Below, in pieces: positions 39,525 through 50,835 of a stretch of DNA of 64,000 nt (position 1 is its first letter; the number at the start of each line of letters is the position of its first letter). Below the pieces are notes generated by a model, which made no database searches, was not told where the DNA came from, and worked only from the letters and a program-made list of their open reading frames with translations. Both the position numbers and the translations under genes were made by a program. This DNA is from Candidatus Latescibacterota bacterium. Lineage in GTDB: Bacteria > Latescibacterota > UBA2968. The stretch covers positions 7,808,001 through 7,872,000 of the forward strand of contig OZ240241.1 in the NCBI GenBank assembly GCA_965198115.1, in the 5' to 3' direction.

Positions 39525-40818
39525 TTAGTCTTCCGGGATAATCCTGATCGCAGGATCTTCGGTGCGTTCGCACCAGGCGCGGAGGCGGTTGCGGCACCAG
39601 GAGAGGTCACTGGCGTGGCGGGATTCGACGGCGAGGTTCACCATCTCGCCCGGGTCTGTGCACAGATCGACGAGTTGCTCACGGTGACGTCCCATTGCGT
39701 AGACGGAATACTTGTATGAATCGGTAACGAGTGATCGTGCGTGGGAGGGACCGCCGGGGCCGGTTCCGAAGTTGATTTCCGTTTCGATCACGAGTTCGTC
39801 CCGCCAACCGGCGTCATCGCCTCCCTCCACAAGCGGACGGACGCTCAACCCGTCGCGGCCGCTCGGGCATTCGGCCCCCGCGTAGTCGCACACGGTCGGC
39901 AGGATGTCCAGACCGTTCGAGATCAGATGCGCATCATCGATGCGCCCGCCTTCCTGACCGGGCGCCGACACGATCATCGGGATTCGGACTTCCTCTTCCC
40001 ACAGCGCTGTCTTCTGATTCCACTGGTGAGCCCCGTGACCGTCGCCGTGGTCGCTCGTGAAGATCACGACCGTGTCGTCCGCCTTCCCCGAAGCATCCAG
40101 CGCGTCGAGCAATCGCACAATCTCCGCATCGACTTTCTCGCAGACCCGGAAATACTGATGTCGCAGCCACCGCCATTCGTCCTCGTTCCATCCAATGTCG
40201 AATAGACGCGGGGCGACGCTCGCCGCAGCCACTGCAGCACGTCCGGCGCGAACGGCGGGATCGCAAAGTTCGCAGGGAGACCAGGGCAGTCTTCGAGCAA
40301 TGAAGGCTGAGGGACGGGCCCCTGAGGCAACGTCTGGTTCCGCGCGATCTGGCAGATGTCGTGCGGGTTGATGAACAACGCGAACAGGAAAAACGGCCGA
40401 TCACGTCGGAGGTCATAAACTCGGCCTCCGCACCCGGAATGGCATCGTCCCGACGTTCGCACAGAGGATCGAGCCCGCAGTCGGCAGGCGACGTGCCGGG
40501 CACGTGCCACTTGCCGGCCAGGGCGGCATCGTAACCGGCACCGCGCAGCACATTTCCGATCGCCTCCGGAACGAGCGCTTCATCGATGGGCGTGCCGTTG
40601 CTCGTGACCCCGGTCTGATGCGGCATCAAACCGGTCACGTAACTCGACCGCTCCGGCGCACAAAGCGGATGCGCGCAATACGCCCGCTCGAACCGCGTGC
40701 CCATCTCCGCGATCCGATCCATCCCCGGCGTCGACAGCTCGTCGTTGCCCGCGCAGCTCATCGCCCCAGCGAACTGCTGGTCCGTCGAGATGAACAGAAT
40801 GTTCGATTTGTCAGCCAT
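39525..40818 (-). pseudogene. Sulfatase with two frameshifts (near 40405 and 40210)
   Basis: NILFISTDQ, CAPER, GKWH; RPFFL..INPHDIC; FTSDHGDG..H.WNQK, LVDLCTDPGEMVNL. Confidence 0.85.
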
Positions 40819-40830
40819 TCTTGCTCCTCA

Positions 40831-40860
40831 TAGGCCACGGCGTGCCGTGGCCCTACCCTT
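40831..40860. repeat. GTAG-type REP palindrome
   Basis: TAGGCCACGGCGTGCCGTGGCCCTACCCTT, near-identical to 39432-39462. Confidence 0.7.
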
Positions 40861-40960
40861 CACCGTCCACTGTCATGGATCGAATTCGTAGATGTTACCG
40901 GACCCTTTCCGTACCTCCGGCTCCATCCCCACCAGGGCCTCGATCCTCCATCCTACCGTC

Positions 40961-40996
40961 CTCTCAGTGTCCTCAGTGTGCTCAGTGGCTGCTTTT
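40961..40996. repeat. Right arm of the 9-mer repeat family, abutting IS256
   Basis: CTCTCAGTGTCCTCAGTGTGCTCAGTGGCTGCTTTT. Confidence 0.7.
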
Positions 40997-42370
40997 GAGC
41001 TATAATCAAAAGGTGTGGAAAAAGAGAAAGGGCGACCCTACCCTTCCCGTGAGATAGTTGATTCACACAAAACCGGGTGAGAGGCCCGGTTGGGAAGGAG
41101 GATCGCCGTGAAGGAACATACGCATAGAGCCCCATTGAAGTCCATGCCGACGTGGGAGACGGTTGACGATTGGATCCGTGAAGAGATCCAGGGCCGGTTC
41201 CAGTCCATTCTGGAGGAGGAGGCGACCGCGTTCTTGGGCCGGTCGTGGTATGAGCGCCGAGCCGAGGTCGATAGCTCCAGGGGCTACAGGAACGGCTACG
41301 GCAAGCCCCGGCGTCTCTCGACGAGCTGCGGAACGATCAAGGTCCGGCGTCCCCGGGTTCGTGGTCTGGAAGAGCGGTTTGAAAGCCGCATCCTCCCCCT
41401 GTTCGCCCGGAGAACCAGGGCCATTGGAGATCTGCTTCCCGACCTTTATCTCCACGGTCTCTCCCAGGGCGACTTCGAGTTGTCTTTGCGTGCGCTGCTC
41501 GGTGATGGCGCGCCGCTTTCGCCGACCTCGATCGCTCGTCTTCGAGGGAAGTGGGAGGTCGACTTCCAGGACTGGAAAGAAAGGCGTCTGGATAATCGCG
41601 AACTGGTCTACGCCTGGGCTGATGGCATCTACGTCAAAGCCGGGCTCGAGCGCGAGAAGGCGTGTCTGCTGGTCGTGATCGGCGCGATGAGCGACGGCAG
41701 CAAGGAGATCCTGGCGATAGAACCCGGTTATCGAGAGTCTACAGAATCCTGGCTCACGGTGCTCCGGGATCTCCGGGATCGCGGGCTCGAACATCCTGTC
41801 CTGATCGCCGCGGACGGGAATATGGGCATCTGGGCGGCCGTTGATCAGGTCTGGCCAGAGAGCCGGCAACAACGGTGCTGGAACCACAAGATCCTCAACG
41901 TGCTCGACAAGGTCGCCAAGCGTGCACAGGCTGAAGCCCGCGCACTGCTCGTCCAGATCCCCTATGCCGGCACGAAAAAGGAGGCCGAGAAGCTCCGGAA
42001 ACGCTTTGCCGCACGGTATCGCTCACAGTTCCCTGCCGCCGTGGAGACGCTCGAAAGAAACTGGGATCGGATGGTCACGTTCTACGACTTCCCGAAGGAA
42101 CACTGGAAACACCTGAGAACCACGAACGTCGTCGAGAGCCCCTTTGCTTCCGTTCGGCTTCGCACAAACGCCGCCAGGCGATTCAAGAAAGTCAGGAACG
42201 CCACGACTCTCATCTGGCGTACGCTCAAGGTCGCAGAGAGCCGATTCAGGAAACTCACCGCGCCACACTTGCTACAACAAGTCTACGATCAGAAACACTC
42301 AACCGGACCGCAGGTCGAAGCCGGGAAGATGGCCGCCTGATTTCTTTTACACACCTATTGACCTGAGCTC
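40997..42370 (+). mobile_element. IS256-family IS, copy 2
   Basis: Same IRs as copy 1; 8-bp TSD CTGCTTTT (40989-40996, 42371-42378). Confidence 0.95.
41090..42340 (+). CDS. IS256 transposase
   Basis: 416 aa, three substitutions relative to copy 1. Confidence 0.95.
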   Translation: MGRRIAVKEHTHRAPLKSMPTWETVDDWIREEIQGRFQSILEEEATAFLGRSWYERRAEVDSSRGYRNGYGKPRRLSTSCGTIKVRRPRVRGLEERFESRILPLFARRTRAIGDLLPDLYLHGLSQGDFELSLRALLGDGAPLSPTSIARLRGKWEVDFQDWKERRLDNRELVYAWADGIYVKAGLEREKACLLVVIGAMSDGSKEILAIEPGYRESTESWLTVLRDLRDRGLEHPVLIAADGNMGIWAAVDQVWPESRQQRCWNHKILNVLDKVAKRAQAEARALLVQIPYAGTKKEAEKLRKRFAARYRSQFPAAVETLERNWDRMVTFYDFPKEHWKHLRTTNVVESPFASVRLRTNAARRFKKVRNATTLIWRTLKVAESRFRKLTAPHLLQQVYDQKHSTGPQVEAGKMAA

Positions 42371-42380
42371 CTGCTTTTTT

Positions 42381-43118
42381 CTACAACGGTCTACCCCGCA
42401 AAACCTCCCGACACTGCGACTCCCCATTCCCCGTCACGTTGTAAGCGAACGTGTTCGCTCGTCGATCGCGATCGGAGGTGTTCGGTGCGGAACCGTGAAT
42501 CACGAGTGCATTGAAGAAGATCGCGTCGCCGCGACCCATCGGGATGGCCGTCGCATCATCACGCGGCTGGTAGTGGCCCGGCAGGAAGACGCCGAAGCTC
42601 GTCTGCTCGCGCTGATGCTCCTGCAACCCCCAGTGATGACTGCCATCGACAAACTCCGTACAACCATTCTCTTCGTCTGTACGGTCGATCGACACCATAC
42701 AGTTCACCATCAACGGCCGATTTCCTTCCTTCTTCCAATAGGCATAGTCCTGGTGCCAGGGAATCGCCGTCCCGTCGTTGGCGGCCTTCATCAGCAGCTT
42801 GCTGTGATACAGCGATATGTCCGGACCGACCAGCGAGCCAATGACGTCAAGCGCCGTGTTGCTTCGCAGCATCGCATTCAGCGTCTGACTCACGAGCTCG
42901 CTGTGCATCAACTGTCGGATGCGTTTGGGCAGATCCTCATCTTCGAAGTCTTCCCAACTGATCCCCACGCCCTCAACCGGTGACTCAGCCATCCGATCGT
43001 GAAGATTGACGATTTCCTCATCTACTGCATCGATCGTTGCCGCGTTGAAGAATCCCGGCTTGTGTAGATAGCCATTGGCCTCGAACGAAGCCCTTTCATC
43101 AGGTGTTAATGACATCAC
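42381..43118 (-). CDS. Phytanoyl-CoA dioxygenase (PhyH) family protein
   Basis: FEANGY, PWHQDYAYW (HxD), ENGC.EFVDGSH, IHGSAPNTSDRDRR. Confidence 0.9.
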   Translation of the reverse strand: MMSLTPDERASFEANGYLHKPGFFNAATIDAVDEEIVNLHDRMAESPVEGVGISWEDFEDEDLPKRIRQLMHSELVSQTLNAMLRSNTALDVIGSLVGPDISLYHSKLLMKAANDGTAIPWHQDYAYWKKEGNRPLMVNCMVSIDRTDEENGCTEFVDGSHHWGLQEHQREQTSFGVFLPGHYQPRDDATAIPMGRGDAIFFNALVIHGSAPNTSDRDRRANTFAYNVTGNGESQCREVLRGRPL

Positions 43119-43255
43119 GGTTCCCTAAATCCCATGGAATCCAACAGCTGGCGAAGCCGTCGTAACCGCCCACGGCTGACCGCCGACCGCCCACCTGCTT
43201 TCACGCCCACCGTCAACCGTCCACGACGATGACCTTATCTCTCGTGAACGATTCC

Positions 43256-44026
43256 CTAAGGAATGGCGAACCGCATCGTCTGGATCACCCGGTCCCCCAG
43301 CACCTGCGGGCTGAAGGGCTTTGCGACGAAGGCGTCGATTCGCATCTCGACAGCGCGCTGCACGACCTCCGTCGTCGGCGAGGAAGTGATCATGATGATA
43401 GGCATGTAGCGCGTGTCGGGATCCGCCTTGAGTTGCTCCGAGACGTGAAAGCCATCGTCACCCGGAAGGAGATAGTCGATGATGGCAACGTCTGCCGGGT
43501 TACGCGTGAGTCGGTCCAGCGCTTCCTTCGGATCTACGTAGCAGTCGCAGAAAATGCCCCGGCGCTCCAGAGCTGCCTTCATCGCCTCGAGCGCATCCGG
43601 ATCGTCATCCAAAATCACCGCTTCGGCCTGTCGACCCAGGTTCTCTGGAAACAGCAAACCTTTGAGCAGGATCTGAAGGTCTTGCGAGTCGACGGGTTTG
43701 ACCAGATAGCCCGCAAGCTCACCGTTGGTCAGCATCTCGTGAGCGTTCTCCGTCACGAATCCGGTCACGACCTCGGCTTTTGGATAGTCCTCCTTGACCT
43801 GTCGAAGTAATTGCCAGCCGGTCATATCGGGCATCATCAGGTCGGTGATGACGAGATCCACCTCGTTCTCCGACAGAAAGGTCAGAGCCTCCTCTCCGGA
43901 CGAACTTCCAGACGCCTCGTAGCCCGCCATCTGGACGAGCTTCACGAGCGCACCGCGCACTTCGGCTTCGTCATCCACGAGATGAACGTGAAAGTCGGCT
44001 GGAGCTTTGGATTCTTCTTCGCTCAT
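43256..44026 (-). CDS. Response regulator with two receiver domains
   Basis: LVDDE..ITDLMMPDMTG..YLVKP; ILDDD..IIDYLLPG..FVAKPF. Confidence 0.85.
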   Translation of the reverse strand: MSEEESKAPADFHVHLVDDEAEVRGALVKLVQMAGYEASGSSSGEEALTFLSENEVDLVITDLMMPDMTGWQLLRQVKEDYPKAEVVTGFVTENAHEMLTNGELAGYLVKPVDSQDLQILLKGLLFPENLGRQAEAVILDDDPDALEAMKAALERRGIFCDCYVDPKEALDRLTRNPADVAIIDYLLPGDDGFHVSEQLKADPDTRYMPIIMITSSPTTEVVQRAVEMRIDAFVAKPFSPQVLGDRVIQTMRFAIP

Positions 44027-44174
44027 AACTCACCTATTTCAAGTGAACGCTGACAGACAGGGCATAATCGGGGATCGCGTTCTCGCGGTCAAATGCCATC
44101 TCGGTCAGCACGCATTGCCGAGAGACCGACCACGGTATATCATGCATCGGTCCCCATTCCCGACGGAGTCACGC

Positions 44175-44948
44175 ATGCCGGCAGGTCAACTCGCAGGAAG
44201 GGTCGCGTTCGTCACCGGTGCCGGGAGCGGCATCGGACTCGCGACTGCCCAAGGGATGGCAAAGGCGGGTGCGAAGGTTGCCCTCGTCGGCATCCCACCG
44301 GACGGCGTTCGAACGGGCGCTAGACAGATCGTTGAGGCTGGAGCCGAGGCCATCTCGCTCCCGACCGATGTCTCCGATCCCGCAGCCGTCAAAGCAGCCG
44401 TAAAGTCGACCGTCGATCAGTTTGGCGGGATCGACCTTCTCGTCGCCAGTGCAGCTGTTCAGATGCACAACGAAGACCGAGACCTTCATACGTTGGACGA
44501 TAGGATCTGGGATCGGACCCACGACATCAACTACCGAGGTGTCTACCTCACGTGCAAGCACACGCTCGACCAGATGATGTCGCAAGGAACCGGAGGCGTC
44601 ATCACCATCGTGTCATCGGTCACCGCATTCGGCGGTGGTTCGGCCAACGTGAGCTACCTCAGCGGCAAGCACGGCCTCATCGGTCTGGCCCGTCATATCG
44701 GCGTGCACTACGCCGAGCACGGCATCCGGTGCAACGCGATCTGTCCTGGCGCGCTCGAGCGAACCCCGGACCACGATGTCCACCCCGACCCCGAAGGCCG
44801 CGCAGCACGACTCGCGGAAATCATCCCCCTGGGCCGGCCGGGCAGGCCCGAGGACATCGCACCCTGGATCGTCTTTCTATCAACCCCCAACGCCGGCTAC
44901 GCCACCGGCGCCACCTTCGTCATCGACGGTGGCCTCACTGTATCGTAA
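44175..44948 (+). CDS. Short-chain dehydrogenase/reductase
   Basis: VTGAGSGIG, YxxxK (YLSGK), IRCNAICPG, IDGG. Confidence 0.9.
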   Translation: MPAGQLAGRVAFVTGAGSGIGLATAQGMAKAGAKVALVGIPPDGVRTGARQIVEAGAEAISLPTDVSDPAAVKAAVKSTVDQFGGIDLLVASAAVQMHNEDRDLHTLDDRIWDRTHDINYRGVYLTCKHTLDQMMSQGTGGVITIVSSVTAFGGGSANVSYLSGKHGLIGLARHIGVHYAEHGIRCNAICPGALERTPDHDVHPDPEGRAARLAEIIPLGRPGRPEDIAPWIVFLSTPNAGYATGATFVIDGGLTVS

Positions 44949-44960
44949 ACCCCGGGAAGC

Positions 44961-45080
44961 GCCACTGAGTTCACAGAGAAAGACCCTTATGGGATCAGAC
45001 GTAGGTTCCGGGCTGCCAACCGGATACCGTGCCATCCCCCAGATCCTCAGCAGTTCTCAGTGTACTCAGTGGCTGCTTTT
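44961..45080. repeat. 9-mer-arm MITE-like element
   Basis: GCCACTGAGTTCACAGAG ... CTCAGCAGTTCTCAGTGTACTCAGTGGCTGCTTTT. Confidence 0.7.
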
Positions 45081-45104
45081 CTATTCTTAGAAAAGGAGAT
45101 TGAC

Positions 45105-45467
45105 ATGGTCATTCGCAGCTGGAAGCAAGCCGTTCCCGTCGTCGGTCACGAAACAGCCATCATCTGGTCGATCTTTCGCGCCAAGGGATCCGAGGGTTTG
45201 ACAGATAAGGAAGCGCCGCTGCTCGGGACGACTGGATTCACACTCCACATGATGCAAGCTGGCATGGAGGGCGATTACCACGATCACGACGATCGCGAGC
45301 AGATCTATTACTTCACGGAGGGAAAGGGAAAGATGAAGATCGATGGCGAGATCTACGACGTCGAGAAAGGCGACGCCGTCCACCTTCCGCCGAAGGTCAT
45401 GCATCAACTCATCAACGACTCAGACGACTGGATCGAACATCTCATCGTCAGCGCACTGGCGAAGTAA
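45105..45467 (+). CDS. Cupin-domain protein
   Basis: HDHDDREQIYYFTEGKG, GDAVHLPP..MHQL; AAGGAG RBS. Confidence 0.85.
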   Translation: MVIRSWKQAVPVVGHETAIIWSIFRAKGSEGLTDKEAPLLGTTGFTLHMMQAGMEGDYHDHDDREQIYYFTEGKGKMKIDGEIYDVEKGDAVHLPPKVMHQLINDSDDWIEHLIVSALAK

Positions 45468-45504
45468 AACCTGAAACCACCTCTCACGTTCGTTCGAGGC
45501 AGGC

Positions 45505-45680
45505 TCCACACACGAAATACACGAACGGGGAGCAACAATAGGATCGGGGATGCCTTTCACACCCAGGCCTGGAATACGCCTGGAGTAGTGATCCGCTCCC
45601 CCTAGTTGAAGCCGATGGTCCGTTGCCTGCTCATACGGAGGGATAGGGTTCTCTTTCGTGTGGTTCGTGTATTTCGTGGT
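45505..45680. repeat. Variant 9-mer-arm inverted element
   Basis: CACGAAATACACGAA ... TTCGTGTGGTTCGTGTATTTCGTGG. Confidence 0.6.
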
Positions 45681-45704
45681 AGGGTTTTGATTTCGTGGTT
45701 CGGA

Positions 45705-46580
45705 TTACTTCGCAGAGAGGGTCGCTGGCGCATCGCTAACGAGGGACTGGGCAAGCCGCGCGTGCGAGCCGTGGGCCACCGTATAGACACGCGTGATCTC
45801 CGCCCCAAGCAGCAGAATCTGACTCGAGATGTAGAACCAGAACATGATCACGATGAACGAACCCGCAGCCCCATAGACCGAGCCGAAGGCACTCGTGCGC
45901 AGATACCACAACATCAGGGACTCAGCGCCTACGAACACCAGCGCAGACGTGGCAGCTCCCAGTAGGACGTCCCCAACACGTCAGTTTGACGCTGGGCATC
46001 AGGCGGTAGACCATCGCGAAGGCGAACGAAAGGATGGCCCACGCCATCAGGAACTCGAAACCCTCGAGCAGCTGAGGATACTCCGAAACACGCGGAAGCA
46101 GCACATTCACCGACGGCTCCACGATCACCACACCAAAGAGAAGGGCGCCCGCTCCGATCGTCGCCAGGAACGCGGCAAAACGTCGGCGGAGCCGCGTCAG
46201 GATGTTCTGTCGATTTGGCTCGACCTCCAGACCGAGTTGAGCGCATCCTGCAATTGGGCGAACACGCGAGTCATCGCGTAAAGCAGTGTGATCGCACTGA
46301 CGGCTGTGGCGAACAAGCTCGACGATCGGTTGCGCACGCCAGACACCATAATGAGTATCGTATCGGCCGCGCGGTCGCCGAGAAGCTGGCTCGCCTCCGA
46401 GATCAGCCGCTTTTGTGCCTCGTCCTCTCCTAAAAAAGTCCCGGCAACCGCGATCAGAATGACCATGATCGGGGCAAGCGCAAACATCGTGTAGTACGCG
46501 AGACCGGCTGCCAATCTTGGGATTCGATGCTGCCGCCAGTTCGAGTAGAGAACTTTCAGATAATCTATCGCCATGGCCAC
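45705..46580 (-). pseudogene. YihY/BrkB-family membrane protein, multiple frameshifts
   Basis: RLAAGLAYYTMFALAP, VFAQLQDALNSVW, SVYGAAGS..WFYISSQILLLGAE spread over three ORFs. Confidence 0.85.
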
Positions 46581-46645
46581 CTAAATGTCAGAAAGACAAA
46601 ATTTTATGGCATTGTAGGACCAACAAAGACTTCGGTCAACCCCAC

Positions 46646-46674
46646 AAAAAAAACAGGGCTCGAATCGAGCCCTG
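46646..46674 (-). terminator. Rho-independent terminator
   Basis: CAGGGCTCGA/TCGAGCCCTG stem followed by a T8 run on the minus strand, right after the stop at 46680. Confidence 0.75.
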
Positions 46675-46679
46675 CCGCT

Positions 46680-46898
46680 TTAGGCCAACCTGACGACTGC
46701 AGGTGAATCGGGTATCTCCCCCCGGAACTTTTCAATTCCCCTGAATCGGCGCAACCCAGCGGTCGTGATTGCCCACCAACATGCCCACGCCAGAGCCAGA
46801 ATCGCCACCGCAGTGACCACGTAGCCTACCGTCTTCCGCCGCTTTTCCTCTCGTGCTGAGGCTTCGACAACCCTCTGGAACTTCCCCGACCCGGGCAC
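46680..46898 (-). CDS. Small single-TM hypothetical protein
   Basis: AAGGAGG RBS, one hydrophobic segment, followed by a terminator. Confidence 0.55.
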   Translation of the reverse strand: MPGSGKFQRVVEASAREEKRRKTVGYVVTAVAILALAWACWWAITTAGLRRFRGIEKFRGEIPDSPAVVRLA

Positions 46899-47416
46899 GT
46901 CGGCCTCCTTTCAACGCAGCTATAAGCTGGTCTCTCAGATACCTTAACAATCGCTGATTTTTGCCCTGGTGTCAACCGTCGCCAGATGCAACGGCGTCTC
47001 GTGAAATTCAGCGTAATCTGAGAGACCTCGTAGGATGTCTCCTACACGAGTGTAGCCCCTTCCCTACCGACGTTTCATCCACGGTCCCAGACAGCCATGA
47101 ATCGTCGTAAGTCTTTGATTCGACTGTAGCAAAGAGTATATTCCCAAAAGTTTTTCATCATTGTAACAGGGGGCAATGATGAGGGGCTTCATTCTGCAAC
47201 TTGTCAGGTTTTGAGCCCCCCTCCGCAAGAACGACACGTTTCGATCATCTCTTCCTGCGATCGGGTTTTCCACCCGTCGGCACAGTGAGATAACGTCCCG
47301 CGAACGGATCCCTGTCTACGACCAGGGCCCTGATGTGTCGTTCGAGTATCTCTCCGGTCATCCACAAAATAGATGCCTTACGCTGCCGGGCCTGTGAACA
47401 AGAGGATACCTAATCC

Positions 47417-50400
47417 ATGTCATTGCTGATCTCCAGACTCCTGTCCACAGCACTCGGCCTGATCGTCCTCGCAGGCTGGTATACGCATAGCACGACACTG
47501 ATTCAGGTACTCCCCACGTTCGTCCCCATGCAATACAACACGGCGCTCGGGTTCTTCCTCTCCGGCTTGGGTCCTATCCTCGTCTATCGTGACAGATTGC
47601 CCTTCGCCAGGATGGTCGGAGTACTCGTCTCAACCATCGGGTTCCTGACTCTGATCGAGTATGTATTCGGCGTCGATCTCGGCATCGATCAGCTGTTGAT
47701 GGAACACTATGTCAACGTAAAGACCTCTCACCCTGGACGGATGGCGCCGAACACGGCCGTGTGTTTCCTCCTGTCCGGACTGTCCATTATCTACCTGACG
47801 CAGTCCGATTCGGAAACCAACCAGAAGATCACGGGTATTCTCGGAGCCGTAACCGCGTCCCTCGGCGCGGTGGCACTCTTCGGGTATATAAGCGGGCTGG
47901 AAACGACATACGGATGGGGACACCTCACTCGGATGGCAGTCCACACGTCGATCGGCTTCGTCGCCATTGGGCTCGGCGTGTTCATCAACTCCGTCCTCAG
48001 CCACCATCTGGGCGGGATTGGAAGTGCGACGTGGCTGACCTAGCCCATCGGGATTGGAACTCTGACGGCCGTAATCATCCTCTGGCAGGCCGTAGACGCA
48101 CAATCTTCGGATGGATCTCGAGCTCCCCAATTCACTCTACTGACGGGCCTGCTTCAATCGGCGTTGTTCACCCTCCTTGCCCACTACGTCCTCACCCGGA
48201 GAACAGCGGAAGTCGAGCTTAAATGCGCGCACGACGACCTGGAGAGGCGAATCGAAGATCGAACCGGTCAGCTGGCCCAAGCAACGTCGAAGGCCGAACA
48301 AGCCGCGCTCGAAGCGGAACAAAGATCCCGCGAGCTGGAAAAATCACGAAAGTGTCGACCAATCAGGCGGCGATCGAGACCAGCCTGGCGGCCTTGACTT
48401 CACAGCTCCAGGGCAAGCTGACGGTGGCAGAAGTCGCCGAGCGGTCTCTGAGTGCCATGGCCGATTACATGGGGGCTCCTCCAGTGGGCGCGCTCTACGT
48501 TTTAGAGGACGACGACCATCTCCACCGGTATGCGGCGCAAGCGCTGTCGGACGAGGCTGAGCCGCTTACCAGATTTCCGATCGGGACGGGGAGTGTGGGC
48601 TAGGTCGCGCAATCCCGGAAGCTGTGCATCCAGACTCCCCCGGGCGACACCTACGCGATCTCCTTCGGCTTCGGCAACGCCCCTGCCCTTCATATTGTGA
48701 CATCCCCTCTCCTCTCAAGCAACGAACTCACGGGCGTCGTGGAACTGCTTTTCCTAAACACCGTGCCCGAAGAAAAGACCCAGTGGTTGGAAGAAGCGTG
48801 CGGAATCGCTGCGACGTCGCTTCGCTTCGCCCTGGAAGCTGGTGTAAGAGCGCAGGCCGAAGAGCGCACCCGGCTGATTCTGGAGTCCAGCGGTGAGGGC
48901 ATCTTCGGGTTGGATCTCGAGGGCCGGGCGACGTTCGTAAACCCGGCAGTCTGCGAGATGCTCGGTTTCGCACCGGATGAGCTGATCGGTCAACCCGCAC
49001 ACGCGCTGATGCATCATTCTCGACCGGATGGGATTGCATATCCCGTTGAGGAATGCCCCATGGAGGCGGCATTCAGCCAGGGCATCGCAACGACGGTTGA
49101 CGACGAAGTGATGTGGCACAAAGCCGGCCACAGCATCCCGGTGGAATACACCGCGACCCCCATCAGGAAAGGGGAAGAGATCGTCGGCGCGGTGATCGGT
49201 TTCCGCGACATCACAGAACGGAAAGCAGCGGAGAGAGCCACGGAAGAGGCCAGGGAGATCGCCGAAGCGGCCGCACAGGCAAAAGCCGACTTCCTCGCGA
49301 ACATGAGTCACGAGATCCGCACGCCTATGAATGCCATCACCGGCATGGCTCACTTGGCGTTGAGAACCGATCTCGATCCTAAACAGAAAGATTATCTCGA
49401 GAAGATCCAGTCTTCGAGTCAGCATCTGCTCGGCATCATTAACGACATCCTCGACTTTTCGAAGATCGAGGCCGGCAAGATGGAGATCGAAACGACCGAC
49501 TTCGACCTGGAGAAGACGCTGGAGGTCGTGGCCAATCTGATTGGCGACAAGGCTGCGGCCGCGGGACTCGAGCTGATCATCGACGTCGATGCCGATCTTC
49601 CCCGGGATCTTCGCGGCGATCCGTTGCGGCTCGGGCAGGTGATCATCAACTACGCGAACAACGCCGTCAAGTTCACCGAGGATGGTGAAATCACCATCCG
49701 GGCGAAAGCGATCGAGAAGACCGAGACACACGTCCTGGCCCGATTCGAAGTGCAGGATACAGGTATTGGTCTCACACCCGAGCAGAAGGGTCGACTGTTC
49801 CAATCTTTCCAGCAAGCCGACACGACCACCACGCGCAAATACGGAGGCACGGGCCTGGGGCTCGCAATCGCCAAACAGCTGGCCGAGTTGATGGGCGGCG
49901 ACGTCGGCGTCGAGAGCGAATATGGAGTCGGAAGCACGTTCTGGTTTACCGCCCGACTCGAAATCGGCGAGCCCACCGAACGGCTTCTCCTACCCGCTCC
50001 TGACCTTCGAAACCGGCGTGTGCTCGTCGCGGATGACAACGACCATGCCCGCGAGATCATATCGGAGATGCTTGCGAGCATGACTTTTCGGGTGGACGCC
50101 GTCTCCTCCGGCGAAAAGGCCCTCTCGGCCATTTCCGAGGCGGACGCGATCGACGACGGCTACGAGATTGCATTTCTCGACTGGCAGATGCCGCCGGGCA
50201 TCGACGGCATCGAGACAGCACGTCGAATGCTTTCCACGAGCCTGAAAAGCATGCCGCATCCCGTCATGGTAACTGCCCACGGGCGCGAGGAAGTATTCCG
50301 CGAGGCAGACGAGGCCGGCATCGAAGTCACGCTCGTCAAACCCGTGAATCCATCGATTCTCTTCGATGCAGCCATACGCGCCCTGGGCGGAGAAATCAAG

Positions 50401-50835
50401 ACAGACGAACGTCAGTCCGACGCTGGGGGCTTGACGTCTGTCGACCTGGATTCCATCAAGGGTGCTCGCATCCTGCTGGCTGAGGACAACGCACTGAACC
50501 AGCAAGTGGCCGTGGAACTCTTGACCGAGGCAGGACTTGTCGTAGAGGTGGCCGAGAACGGGAAGATTGCGCTCGAGAAGGTTGCCGAGGATAGCTACGA
50601 TCTCGTCCTGATGGATATGCAAATGCCGGAAATGGACGGAGAAACCGCAACGATCGAAATCCGGAAAGACGGAAGGTTCGCCGATCTCCCGATTCTGGCG
50701 ATGACGGCCAACGTAATGGAAGCGGACAGGGAGCGAACACGAGAAGTAGGTATGAACGACCACATCGGGAAGCCCGTCGACCCCGAAGAGCTCTTCGAAA
50801 AACTGGCCCGATGGATACCCTCCACGGTCGGATAG
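47417..50835 (+). pseudogene. Hybrid histidine kinase (membrane sensor-GAF-PAS-HisKA-HATPase-REC-REC), disrupted in its 5' third
   Basis: TM sensor (PMQYNTA, PGRMAPNTA), stops at 48041 and 48601 plus frameshifts. The intact part 48697..50835 has [31 protein letters not shown] and two REC domains. Confidence 0.85.

Noticed and set aside
13062-42370. Inverted IS256 pair as a composite transposon or inversion boundary
   Set aside because: Each copy has its own matching 8-bp TSD (TCTCCCCA; CTGCTTTT), so they are independent insertions with no recombination between them.
33384-45080. CTCAGTG repeats as a CRISPR array
   Set aside because: The units are 9-bp tandem and dispersed, with no 23-47-bp repeats separated by unique spacers and no cas genes.
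26018-48603. Genetic-code reassignment or pyrrolysine readthrough of TAG
   Set aside because: TAG ends ordinary genes here (1406, 25846, 31359, 39357). The internal TAGs correspond to different expected residues, and no pyl genes are seen.
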